A stretch of DNA of 63,442 nt, filler included, from Octopus bimaculoides (taxonomy: Eukaryota): assembly GCF_001194135.2 (NCBI RefSeq). It is 7 parts of 7 records of this genome, joined end to end, with 100 filler letters (N's around TTAATTAATTAA, not from the genome) between each part and the next. Parts side by side here need not be neighbours in the genome. Positions count along the whole stretch, not along the records: positions 1 to 20,998 come from NC_068990.1; positions 21,099 to 33,679 come from NC_068983.1; 5 more parts are not named here. One strand, 5' to 3'. The position numbers were made by a program, and so were the translations under genes. Of the stretch, positions 10,818-22,690 are shown one piece after another. The notes under the pieces were generated by a model. That model had not been told where the DNA came from, searched no databases, and was given only the letters and a program-made list of their open reading frames with translations. Within the stretch, counting starts at the first letter, position 1, and the number at the start of each line of letters is the position of its first letter.

Positions 10818-13619
10818 TGTCCTTTGAGATGAGAATCTGCAGAGAAAATNNNNNNNNNNAAAAAAAAAAAAAAATATAAGACAGATTTATCCATCTCAAG
10901 GTCAACATTCAAAAGTTAGCTTAGTTAACTGAATCACTGATAGAATAGGAGTATCATAGCATCTATAAATAGTTTAAACTACATTTCTTAATCTCTTCCA
11001 GCAGTCAGGGAAGACATTTTGTTCTAACAATGAGATGTACAATATACACCTAAATGGTACTAGCCTTGAAGAACACTTCTTTCATGAGTACCACTCTGAA
11101 GGAGAGATGACCTAGACTGAGTATCTACAAAGTAATTACAATTCTAAGTAAAAGGAAATTATATCTAGTTTCTATTTAATTTTGTTTTCTTGAAAACTTA
11201 CTAAACACTTTAGCTAAGCACCAATTGTTTTAATCAGTCACTAAAGTAACGGAATATTTATAGCACTCCATTATAAATGAAGTATTCCATTTATAAGATG
11301 TAATAAGATATCCTCATGATTTTAGCTATAGTGGAATTGGATTAAATAGAGGTACTGGTAGTATATGGCATATGGGTGAACATTAACCTTGAGAATAACT
11401 CAATTTTGTCTTTTAGACCCAGGACCATTTTTGAATGACTGTTTTGGCAGAAAAGTAGGCAAGTGTTACCATACTTCAAAGCAGAAAATGCAAGTTTTTT
11501 TTTGATTCTTGGCTGAAACAATTTCACTTTATATACACTACAAATGACCCCAAGAAGGTCATTAATATCACACATCCATTGTTTGTTTCCCAGATGACAT
11601 CATTTGCATAATAGGAACACTCATTTACAACTATCTCATGATGTCAAGACAAGGAGACACAAACACACACACACATATATAAATATATGTATATGAGTCT
11701 TTTCTGTTTTTGTCTACCAAATCCACTCACGAGGCTTTAGTCAGCCTGGAACTGTAGTTGAAGATACTTACCCAAGGTGTCATGCAGTGGGACTGAACCT
11801 GAAACCATGTAGTTAGAAGCGAACTTCTTAACTGCAAGTGATATCTACACCTAAAAACAATATCTTTACAAACTGAAGGTACAGCACAGTTTCGAATCCA
11901 AGAGGAAATACTACAATACCTAAATAGCTTTATGTTTAATCTCAGGTCAGTTTTGATGAAAGGTATTCCAATAGTGACCTTCCTATCTTATTTCAGACAT
12001 GGTGCATCCTAGCACCATGTTATAGAATGGGGCCTTACTTTTTAAGGATGTAATTGGAAAGAGATTTGTTTGTTATATTTAGTAAGTTGATAGAGCACAT
12101 AGAGGACAAACCAGCCTCTCAGAAATTTAGACTTGAAATTTGACAGCAAAAAGTATCAGAACCAGTTATTCAATATAAATAATTCAATCAATTATTGCTG
12201 ATCAATGGATTTTATCATTTGCTTTGCTTTATGGTATGTGCTCAATCCTACTAACTCTGCTTCTTCATAACTTTTTAAAAAATGCTTATTTTTTAATGAA
12301 ATTTTCCAGAGATACATTTTTGATGGTGTAGATGATGATTATATTGTGGTATAATCATAATCTACACCATCAGGAACATGTTTGTAGAAAATTTTATTAA
12401 AAAATATTCATTTTTCAGAAAGTTATGAAGGAACAAAGTCAAGGGAGAATGCCTTCCTTTTAGTACCAACTCACCTAAGACCACCTCCAGTTCTAAATTA
12501 ATTGAAACAAAAACAAATATAATAATAATAATGTTAATAAACAACAGAAACTAAACACTATACATAAATAAACTGATACTGCAATATGTAAAGATGAGAC
12601 TGCTATTTTTAGCAGTTTGAAAGCCTATGCAGAGGCACTGTCAGTAGGAGCCTTTAAATAATTAAACCTCAGGTCAACTCTGATGCAGAAACCTACAATT
12701 AAAGACACTCCAGCAGTAACCATCTCGTTGGTTAGGATTTGTAGTGCTACATTATATGACAATTTCCAAATTACATGTGGTAATATCTCTAAACCCCACT
12801 TTTTTGTAGAAACTGGAGTCTAAGTCACAAGGTGTTGATAAACATCTGAAACGATTTTGAGCATTAAGGGTGCCGAATTATTAATGAACTAATTCTAAGG
12901 CTTAAAACTCACTAATTTCCAGTGAAACATCAATGTCGTAACTAGTATTCACCAAACATATATTTCACATGAAATATTCCAACTAATGACTGAATTTTTA
13001 TTGCTCTTTATTAATTTTTGTTAAGTATTTTCATTAAATTTCTTTAAACATTTCTTATTAAAACAGTAATGACACAAAATAATGAATGAATTGTATTTAT
13101 ATTAAGAAATTTTTTATTAATTATATTTTGGGATTATATTTTAGAAATTTCCATGATGTGGGTCTATAAGTTACACAAGTCTGCATTTTTAAATGAAGTA
13201 AATAATGATTCTGAACTGTTTTTTTAATGCTGATTTCAAATGTGTATTTAGTTTTTGCTTATCATGTACAGATTTTGTCCAAATGGCTGCCAAAGATATG
13301 ATGATTTTTCTTGTCATTCATTCCCTTTTGTGGCATACTTTTAGATAAAAGTATGATGAAATTAAGAAAAAATGACTACAATAATAATAAAAAAGATATG
13401 AATAATGTATGTAGGCTTACATATTGACTAAATATATATTTTTAATGCACTTACCATGGCCTTAAATGTAATTTTACTATTTTTCAAACTTCCTTTTCTT
13501 TTGATTTCCTTCCAGCTTTTGATAGTTGCTTGCAGTCTCTCTTTAGCAGTAAACTGCTATCATGTTTACATTCCACCTGCCCTGGTACCTCCGCTCCATT
13601 TCTTTAATGTTTTGGTGAA

Positions 13620-15120
13620 ATCTCTCAGTGTGCTCTTCACTTAGATTGCCAGGGTCCTCTGGGAAATAGTCAAGGAGTGAAGAAAGTGCATTTTAACACT
13701 CATGTTACACCCAAGCATTTTGAAGTTTTGCAACATGGTATCAACTATGACTTTGTAAGTTGAACACTTATTGTTTCCCAAAAAGTTCTCGACAACACAC
13801 CTGAAGCTCACCCCTGCCTGTTTTTTGAGATTCATTCATGGATTTCTCATAATCTGAGTCTTCCATTAGTTTATGAATGTCAGGACCAATAAATATTCCT
13901 ACTTGAATTTTCTCACTGGTTATATTTGGGAATTTTTTTGAGAGATACTGCAACCACGGTCCATCTGCAGGCAAAGATTTAACAAACTGTTTCATCAGAC
14001 CCAGTTTGATGTGTAAAGGAGGTAGCAGTACTTTTGTGGGTTCAATCAAGGGCTCATGCAGAATGTTATTGGATCTAGGAAAAACACTTCTTTGTGACCA
14101 GTTTTTAACCATCCAGTGCTTTTCTTTAATTCTGCTATCCCTCTCACATAAGAAACAGCATTTTTGTGTAGTTTGCCTGCTGGCCTAAAAGCATGCATAT
14201 AATTCTAAAATCTTCACACACTTGCCAGTGGTATTTTGCATACTTTATATTTTACAAAGTTTTTTTTTTTTTTACATTTTCATACGTTTCCTTTAGTTGT
14301 ACAGAATGTACCACTGGAATGGATGAATACTTATTTCCATTGTGTAGCAAGACAGCTTTCAAACTCCCTTTGGAGGAATCAATGAATAGCCTCCATTCTG
14401 AGGGATTGTTCTCGATCTCAAAATAGTTTAGCAGGTTTGGAATATTACAGCAAAGCACCATTGATTCATCCTCAGCAAAGAATGGTAACAACTCATGTTC
14501 CTTGTGATGATACCAAGAGAAGGTTCCTGGTAACAAAAGCCTAAATCCAAGAAGTTCTGCTGCATCCTGTGGTAGGTTCAAATTTCACATCAAATCATTG
14601 AGCTCTTCCTGTGTAAATAATTGCGGATTTTCGATTTCGTCAAGAGTGTAGTCATCACCTTCTTCTGCACATTTGTCTTCTTCATCACTATCTGATGCAA
14701 CATTCTCTAAAACAAGTGGCGGGAGAGGAAATGGAATGTCAACTCCATGTGCAATAAGCCGTATGTATAGCCGAGGGAACACTTTGATACATTATCCTAC
14801 GTTTATATTTTGCACTGTACCCATCAACTTTACTAATGCAGAAATAACAATCATCAACTTGGTTACTCGGCTCTCGCCATACCATTGGTATTCCAAAGGG
14901 TGTTTCTTTTTTCTTATCGACTTTCCAGAGTCTCAGCCCCTGACTGTGAAGCTCAAGGTTTGTCTTCATCACCGAATTTGACACCAAAATAAGTGAAATA
15001 TAAATTTTTTAGAAGATCAGTTATATTTTGTTTCTGCTTAATGACAACATACCTGCCACAAATGTAGCAGAATATGTTTGGATTGTTCACGCACTTACGT
15101 CTATATGTATACATTTTAAA
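13620..15120 (-). pseudogene. Chapaev-type transposase pseudogene (multiple frameshifts and deletions)
   Basis: Fragments FCYICG, PFGIPMVWREPSNQVDDCYFC, EWRLFIDSSKGSLKAVLLHNGN, LLPPLHIKLGLMKQFVK, GIFIGPDIHKL and LGCNMSVKMHFLHS. The LH and H(4)H-type motifs are those described for Chapaev transposases. The ORFs at 14953, 14739, 14585, 14252, 13768 and 13641 are pieces of one protein. Confidence 0.85.
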
Positions 15121-15224
15121 TGTAAATATTATCAACGACTGATGTACACAGCTTTTCAAAGTCACATCGTCTGTTAATTAGACGACTGTTTAATAAACTT
15201 TATATTGGCTGCTATTTTACCTTT

Positions 15225-15597
15225 GTGGAGGCGCAATGGCCCAGTGGTTAGGGCAGCGGACTCGCGATTTCGATTCCCAGACCAGGCGTTGTGAGTGTTT
15301 ATTGAACGAAAACACCTAAAGCTCCACGAGGCTCCGGCAGGGGATGGTGGCGAACCCTGCTGTACTCCTTCACCACAACTTTCTCTTACTCTTACTTCCT
15401 GTTTCTGTTGTGCCTGTAATTCAAAGGGTCAGCCTTGTCACACTGTGTCACGCTGAATATCCCCGAGAACCACGTTAAAGGTACACGTGTCTGTGGAGTG
15501 CTCAGCCACTTGCACGTTAATTTCACGAGTAGGCTGTTCCGTTGATCGGATCAACTGGGACCCTCGACGTCGTAAGCGACGGAGTGCCAACAACAAA
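15225..15597 (+). mobile_element. tRNA-derived SINE family A, full copy with 11-bp TSD
   Basis: A box TGGCCCAGTGG, B-box-like TTCGATTCC, tail GACGGAGTGCCAACAACAA. TSD ATTTTACCTTT at 15214-15224 and 15598-15608. Other copies at ~43830-44150, 61020-61320, 61700-61966; tail only at 17135-17265; head only (minus) at 55393-55441. Confidence 0.9.
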
Positions 15598-16762
15598 ATT
15601 TTACCTTTACTAATATTAGATCAGAATTGGTTTATAGCAATCTATTTTGTTGAGCAAAATAAATCAGATAATCACCGTTATATGTCTGATACGATAATAC
15701 AGAAAAACTAGACGTGAAGGAGAAAAACTAATAACAAATCTGAAATCAACGTAAAAAATTACTATAGAAAGTAATGTAGACATTTAAACAGAAAACCATG
15801 CAGACTTGTTATCAACAATCCCGTGAAGAGGTCAATAGCATAAGTTTGCCTACTGCCTCCCGGTCTAGTGTGTTTGTTTATTTTGTGTTTAGTTAGTAAT
15901 GTAATTTAACACATACGTTTAACAAAAGATACACAAAAATACTCCTAACATACAACTATATAATAAATATTAATCGGGTGTTGGACACCACAGGTAATGC
16001 TATGCTGGAGCACCGTCGTATTAGTATTAAGATAAAAGAAAATCTTATAAAATCTTTATAAAAGATATATAAAAGGCTTCTAATTTTATGAAAAGAATAA
16101 TAATGTAGAATTCTTAATTTAAAACTATTTTTATATTCCACTTCAACAGGATATCGTGTTTAAAAAAGTTATTTTATTATGCTGCACTAACAAGTCACAC
16201 ATTATAAAATATTGCTATAACTTAAAAGCAACTCTAAAATAATCGAAATTACTAAAAAAACTGTGAGAGAAATTATAGTTACCAATTTTCAATAATGAAT
16301 TTTAAAAGTCATAATAATAGTTATAAAATATACTGAAGTAAAGGACGGACGAGGGTAAATACCGAAACATTGGATTTCGGACATTTAAAATCACACGTGA
16401 TACGTTGTGACTTATGTCCCTTTACATGATTGTTTAGCCCAGTGTAGCTCTTGTGAGCTCCGATCGAGGAAATCAGTCCTGTTCTTGTGATCATCATAGT
16501 GTTTCCGAAATTTTCTAAGGATTTGTGCATTATGAATACCGACGATTATGATTCTGCAAAAAAAAATTTTTAATTACAATTTATTTCATTTGAAGCATTT
16601 GGTGCTGAATTGAAATTTTTCTTTCTTTCTTCCTTTTTTTTTCTCCTTTGTGTTTCTTTTTTCGTTCATGCTTTAGTTTTCGGTTTTGGATTTGTATCTT
16701 AATGTGATTTTATATTATATATGTATCATATACATACTTGTTATATATGTTATAAAATAATT

Positions 16763-17097
16763 GGTACTTTTTGGCTATCTCACCCCCATTAAAAAATTGG
16801 GTTATCTCCCTCAAATAAAAAAAATTGTTAAACCCTCAATAAAACAAAAAAACAAAAAAATGAAAAATTAATAAACATGAAAAGGGAAAAGATTAGACAT
16901 TGAATCTGATAATATTTTTATAACAAATCATACAAAACTGAAAAAATTAATAAACATGAAAACTGAAAAAAATTAATAAAAGGGAAAACTGAAAAAGTTA
17001 AACATCTTATTGAAACTGATAATATTTTTATAACACATCAAACCATGCCTATTGAGGACCCAATTTTTTAATGGTGGTGAAATAACTAAAAAGTACC
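16763..17097. mobile_element. Non-autonomous MITE, Merlin-like (GGTAC termini, 8-bp TSD)
   Basis: ~45-bp TIRs GGTACTTTTTGGCTATCTCACCCCCATTAAAAAATTGGG / CCCAATTTTTTAATGGTGGTGAAATAACTAAAAAGTACC. TSD AAATAATT at 16755-16762 and 17098-17105. A-rich internal duplications. Confidence 0.8.
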
Positions 17098-17747
17098 AAA
17101 TAATTAATATAGTAAAAAAAAAACTAGACATTCTGTGTTGCGCTTAATCTCCCTGAGAACTACGTTAAGAGTACGCGTGTCATTCACTTGCACTTCAATT
17201 CACGAGCAAGCTGTTCCCTTGATCGAATCAACTGGAACCCTCGTCATCGTAACCGACGGAGTGCCTTTTTTTTTTTTTGATATTTGAACCCATGTTTTGA
17301 GAGGGTTGATGTAAGAGATAAATTAGTTGTGCAGTTATCTCTAATGAAGGGTGGGAGAATTTGATTGTGATGCTATTTATTCTGTATTAGAAGATTGTTT
17401 ATGGATTGTTGTAGTGTGAGAAAGCCGTGTAGGTTCAGAGTGAAAAGATTGAATACAAAAAAAAAAAAAAAAAAAAAAAACCTGGCCGTTATGGTGCTTA
17501 ATCTGGGAAACGGTAAATTCTAAGCGTTTTGGTGCTGCCTAAATGGCGTCGCTGACTCGACACAGACATCAAACATGTTTCCCACGCCTCGCTATTCATC
17601 TCTCCCTTCCTCTGTTTATGTATGTGAGCATCTAGCTATGTTCGTACGTATATGTAATCTCTCTCTCTCTCCTTCTCACTACATCTCTTTCTGTGTCTAT
17701 ATTTTTGCGCATACATATGCGTGTATGTATGTATGTATGTATGTATG

Positions 17748-17781
<34 letters not shown>

Positions 17782-18582
17782 TGTATGTATGTGTGTGTGT
17801 GTGTTTGCCTCCTATGCCAAAACGTACTGTCATTAAGACATGTTAAATCTCCAGTCAACCATGCCAAATCGTTGGCGTCAATCAGCTGCGCCCAATCAGC
17901 TCATTCTGAGTTAGCTACTCCTTGTTTTGTGGTATTGTTTCTTAAGGNNNNNNNNNNNNNNNNNNNNNNNNNNNNNNNNNNNNNNNNNNNNNNNNNNNNN
18001 NNNNNNNNNNNNNNNNNNNNNNNNNNNNNNNNNNNNNNNNNNNNNNNNNNNNNNNNNNNNNNNNNNNNNNNNNNNNNNNNNNNNNNNNNNNNNNNNNNNN
18101 NNNNNNNNNNNNNNNNNNNNNNNNNNNNNNNNNNNNNNNNNNNNNNNNNNNNNNNNNNNNNNNNNNNNNNNNNNNNNNNNNNNNNNNNNNNNNNNNNNNN
18201 NNNNNNNNNNNNNNNNNNNNNNNNNNNNNNNNNNNNNNNNNNNNNNNNNNNNNNNNNNNNNNNNNNNNNNNNNNNNNNNNNNNNNNNNNNNNNNNNNNNN
18301 NNNNNNNNNNNNNNNNNNNNNNNNNNNNNNNNNNNNNNNNNNNNNNNNNNNNNNNNNNNNNNNNNNNNNNNNNNNNNNNNNNNNNNNNNNNNNNNNNNNN
18401 NNNNNNNNNNNNNNNNNNNNNNNNNNNNNNNNNNNNNNNNNNNNNNNNNNNNNNNNNNNNNNNAAATGTAGGCGCGTGTGTACATGACATAATAAGGGAA
18501 TCATTTATGTTCTTTTTATGCGCCTGTATTGACTATTTCTGATGCGTAACTGGGGCTTGTATTGTTACGTTGTCTTATAATG

Positions 18583-19345
18583 CGACGAGCTGGCAGAATC
18601 GTTAGCGTGCCTGCCAAAATGCTTAGTGAGATTTCATTCGTCTTTACGTTCTGAGTTCAAATCCTGCCGAGGTCGACTTTGCCTTTCATCCTTTCAGTGT
18701 CGATGAAATAAGTACCAGTTAAGTACTAGGGTTAATGTAATCGACTATCCTCCTCCCAGCAAATTTCAGGCCTTGTGCCTATAGTAGAAAGGATTATTAC
18801 GTTGTCTTATAATGAGGCAAGCCGGCAGAATCGTTAGCACGCCGGACGAAATGCTTAGCAGCATTTCTTCCGGTTTTACCTCCTGAGTTCAAATTCCACG
18901 TCGGTCTACTTTGCTTTTCATTCTTTCGGGATCGGTAAAATAAGGATCAGTTAAGCAATGAGAGTCAATGTAATCGACTTAACCCCTTCCCTCAAAAACT
19001 ACAGGTCAAGTATAATAATTTGAAACCGTTATTATGTTGCTTCACGGAATAAGTCGTCGAATTCTGAAAACGTCTATTCGGTTGCGTAGTGCAGCTCGTA
19101 CCATTGTCATTTCTTTATTGCCCACAAGGGGCTAAACATAGAGGGGACAAACAAGGACAGACAAAGGGATTAAGTCGATTTCATCAACCCCAGTGCGTAA
19201 CTGGTACTTAATTTATCGACCCCCGAAAGGATGAAAGGCAAAGTCGACCTCGGCGGAATTTGAACTCAGAACGTAACGGCAGATGAAATACCGCTAAGCA
19301 TTTCCCCCGGCGTGCTAACGTTTCTGCCAGCTCGTCGCCTCGAAC
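18583..19345. mobile_element. Cluster of three tRNA-derived SINE family B copies (18583-18796 +, 18815-19020 +, ~19112-19345 -)
   Basis: Consensus GAGCTGGCAGAATCGTTAGC...GAGTTCAAAT(T)CC...GTCGACTTTGCCTTTCATCCTTTCGGGGTCGATAAA.TAAGTACCAG. About 20 copies in the window, mostly at 44-63 kb. First copy has an 18-bp TSD TTACGTTGTCTTATAATG (18565-18582, 18797-18814). Confidence 0.9.
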
Positions 19346-20230
19346 CCTTGTGCTTATTTGAAATTTATTTTGTGATCTTTTCATCGATGTGCAAGTGCAT
19401 CTTGGTGGTGATAATTGATTGGTGACCTACGGAAACTTGTGAAATTCTTTGCTTGATGGTTGTGTCAGCAAGACGCACGGAAGAGAAGGTGATATTTATT
19501 GTTAATTTGGTTGGGTACATTTGATAGTACAGTGAACTCATACTAAACAATGCTATTGTAAGGGAGGCAACTTTACTGTACACATGGGACATAACTGTGC
19601 ATAGCATATCTTGGCGTTCAAAGTCATTTTATTGCGTTTAGTATCGTACTTGTAATCTTTTGTCTTGTATTTATTTCTCTCATTGGACTGCGGCCATACT
19701 GGGGCACCACCTTGAAAGGTTCACCCTAGTACTTATTTTCTAAAGCCAGATCTTTATTCTATCGGTTTCAATTTCCAGAACTGCTAGATTACGGCAGCAT
19801 AAACAAACCAACACCAGTTACTAAACGGTGGAGGGGCTCAACACAAACATAGAAACATACATATTTCGATATATATATATATATGTAGTGGATCTTGCAT
19901 GCATGAAGTGGATTCGATCCACCATAGCCAAATTTAAATTAACATTGCAACAGAACTTTTCCCACGGTGGAACAATGGGTTTTCTCTGACAGCAGTTTTA
20001 CATTTTCCAGATGCCTTTAGCTAGGCCGAAACAATGTCTTCACCACTTGACCCTTTCTAACCTCTTCTACTTCACCAAAAGCTAGAATAGAGATAAGAAG
20101 ACCACCAACTAAATCTATTGTTCTCAATGATATGTCTATCCTTCTGGATAGTTATAAAAGCAAGAAACCCCAAGCAAAAATAAGTTAGTCACCAGTCGGT
20201 GACGACTCTATTTTTGACGAGATAGTGCGA

Positions 20231-20244
20231 TAGAGAGAGAGAGA

Positions 20245-20283
<39 letters not shown>

Positions 20284-20699
20284 NNNNNNNNNNNNNNNNN
20301 NNNNNNNNNNNNNNNNNNNNNNNNNNNNNNNGAGGGAAAGAGAGAGAGAGAGGGAGAGAGAGAGATAGTGCGAGGGAGAGAGAGGGGGAGAGAGAGAGAC
20401 AGAGATAGTGGGAGAGAGAGAGAGGGAGAGAGACATAGATAGAGCGAGAGAGAAAGAGAGAGTGAGAGAGAGAAAGAGAGGGAGAGAGAGAGAGAGAGAG
20501 GGAGAGAAAGAGAGACAGAGATAGTGCGAGGGAGAGAGAAAGACAGAGATAGTGGGAGAGAGAGGGAGAGAGAGAGATAGAGCGAGAGAGAAAGAGAGAG
20601 ACAGACAGACAGAGATAGAGTAAGAGAGAGACAGAGATAGAGTGAGAGAGAGACAGAGAGACAGAGATAGAGTGAGAGAGAGACAGAGAGATAGAGAGA
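20231..20699. repeat. Complex (GA)n/GACA microsatellite
   Basis: Direct reading; interrupted by an N gap. Confidence 0.95.
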
Positions 20700-21136
20700 A
20701 CGCGTTTTCAGTAATTGAAATTCACAATTCTAATCAGTGTACATGAACGTCCAACCTATGATTGATCTTGAACAGTTTCGATTAACATTCTTGTGTCGCC
20801 AATACAACAACCGCACTACCATATATTTTTCTTTTAAGGCGAGGTTATACCACAAATAAGGTTCCGTGACTACATGGGGCTATGGGTACACACGTGAAGT
20901 TAGTTTTACAATATCGACCCGCAAAATCCTTAGCATCGTATTGTTTTTGGGTTGTTCTCACTTTTTTTTGTTTTTGGCATTTTATTTTTTTTATTTTTNN
21001 NNNNNNNNNNNNNNNNNNNNNNNNNNNNNNNNNNNNNNNNNNTTAATTAATTAANNNNNNNNNNNNNNNNNNNNNNNNNNNNNNNNNNNNNNNNNNNNTT
21101 CTTGAGTGAATTTTTCCGGTGTCTTTGTCTTAATAT

Positions 21137-21408
21137 TTATGGTTCTGTAGGTGATAGTTTTTTTTCTATGTTTATTTTAAAGTCCGCAGGTGTTTGAAGA
21201 TGGACTGTAACGTCCTTTTTACTTAGCATGCTTTTACATGCGAGTAATTTCTCTTTCGATATATTCAATATTCTTTTTATGGGCTTGAAAGCCTCGGCAA
21301 AGTTCGTGTTTGTTGTGGTGGTGGCGGCGGTAGTGGTCGTGTCAGTGGTGAGGACAGTGGTTTTGTTAGCAAGGACATATGTGTCCTTGTTGTTGCTGTT
21401 GCTGTTGC

Positions 21409-21449
<41 letters not shown>

Positions 21450-21634
21450 TTGTTGTTGTTGTTGTTTTCACTGGTGACGGTGGCAGGCAAGACTGCTGTA
21501 GCAGCGGAGTTTTTACACGTAATGGTGGTAGTAGTGGTGGTTGAGGCAGCAGCAGTAGATTCACAATCATTGCTCTTCTCCACCACCTGTCTGCGTTCAT
21601 GCGGAACGTCATTAAGTTCTTTCGCCTCTGGCAT
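21137..21634 (-). CDS. Putative Asn/Thr-rich low-complexity ORF or exon of an unknown gene
   Basis: 165-aa open frame with unique-looking sequence either side of poly-T/poly-N tracts (MPEAKELNDVPHERRQVVEK...AEAFKPIKRILNISKEKLLACKSMLSKK). No recognisable domain. Confidence 0.45.
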
Positions 21635-22647
21635 TAGAGGCGGGAAATCGGCTTTGTTTTATACCATAGCCATATTCGTTTTACAGAATATGGCTAGGAA
21701 CGAGGAAGATGTGTTTGAATTTTTGGAAATAAGGCTCTAAATAGAGCTATTTCCGATTTGAAAAATATATGTTCACGAAGTGTTTTGTGTTATACACAAC
21801 TTATACAAAATTTAAAAACAAAATAGGTCTTTTAAGAGGTGAAAAATGCAACATACATGGGAGCCGATGTGTCTACCGTCCGTCCATGATGAGATATAGA
21901 TAGATAGACATACAGGCACGAGACGGAAGGGAGGAGGAGGGATAATTGGATTGTGTATAAATAGATATGTACTTCTTTTATGCATACGTGTGGGTGCTAC
22001 TGGATATCTTTAAACAAGTTCAAACTATTTAGTACTAACTTATTGACAGTTAATCTGTGAAAGTATTCAATTCAAGTAACACTATATATGGTTTGAAGCG
22101 GTTTATGCATAAGAACTATTAAAGCAAATTATATTATTCACATACGTCGCAGTACAACACATACAAATTGCAATGTCTTTTCAAATAGTGATTTTGTATC
22201 CAGGCACAAGACGCAGTTTAGAATTTATATATTCAAAGCACTTTATAAAAGAATTCCAAATGAAGTGGAGAGTTATTGTTATAATTTTTCTACAGTACGG
22301 AGTGAGACATTTTCTACAATGATTATTCCCATTTTTATATCGGGTATAGAAATTTCCAGTCGTTCTTAAACAGTGGTTTGAAGCAAATTTGTGAATTGAT
22401 TATATCTACTATGTTTTCCTCTATATATGTCTGTGTGTGTGTCTCTGTGTCTGTGTGTATATNNNNNNNNNNNNNNNNNNNNNNNNNNNNNNNNNNNNNN
22501 NNNNNNNNNNNNNNNNNNNNNNNNNNNNNNNNNNNNNNNNNNNNNNNNNNNNNNNNNNNNNNNNNNNNNNNNNNNNNNNNNNNNNNNNNNNNNNNNNNNN
22601 NNNNNNNNNNNNNNNNNNNNNNNNNNNNNNNNNNNNNNNNNNNNNNN

Positions 22648-22690
<43 letters not shown>

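Larger units (their letters stand above)
13174..15810 (-). mobile_element. Decayed Chapaev-type (CMC superfamily) DNA transposon with imperfect ~100-bp TIRs
   Basis: Left end CACAAGTCTGCAT...TTTAAATG...GCTGATTTCAAATGTGTATTTAGTTTTT. Right end is the inverted counterpart AAAAACTAATAACAAATCTGAAATCAACGT...CATTTAAA...ATGCAGACTTGT. Transposase fragments lie between them. Confidence 0.75.

Noticed and set aside
15225-15290. tRNA-like sequences at SINE 5' ends
   Set aside because: They have A/B boxes but incomplete cloverleaves and continue into repeat bodies. These are SINE heads, not tRNA genes.
16346-16380. CGGACGA-G-GGT(aaat)ACC-GAAAC hammerhead-like string
   Set aside because: Core U4 is mismatched and neither stem I nor stem III with an NUH triplet can be formed.
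18583-19345. Regularly recurring ~30-50-bp motifs that could be mistaken for a CRISPR-like array
   Set aside because: They are internal parts of dispersed SINE copies in both orientations, with no repeat-spacer periodicity, in a eukaryotic context.
21043-21054. TTAATTAATTAA islands inside N runs (also 33724, 44195, 57185, 59035, 62348)
   Set aside because: An identical 12-mer with stops in all frames, always centred in gaps. This is a scaffolding linker, not biology.
21228-21740. Plus-strand poly-Leu/Val ORF resembling a membrane protein
   Set aside because: Antisense reading of the (AAC)n/(ACC)n tracts of the minus-strand ORF.
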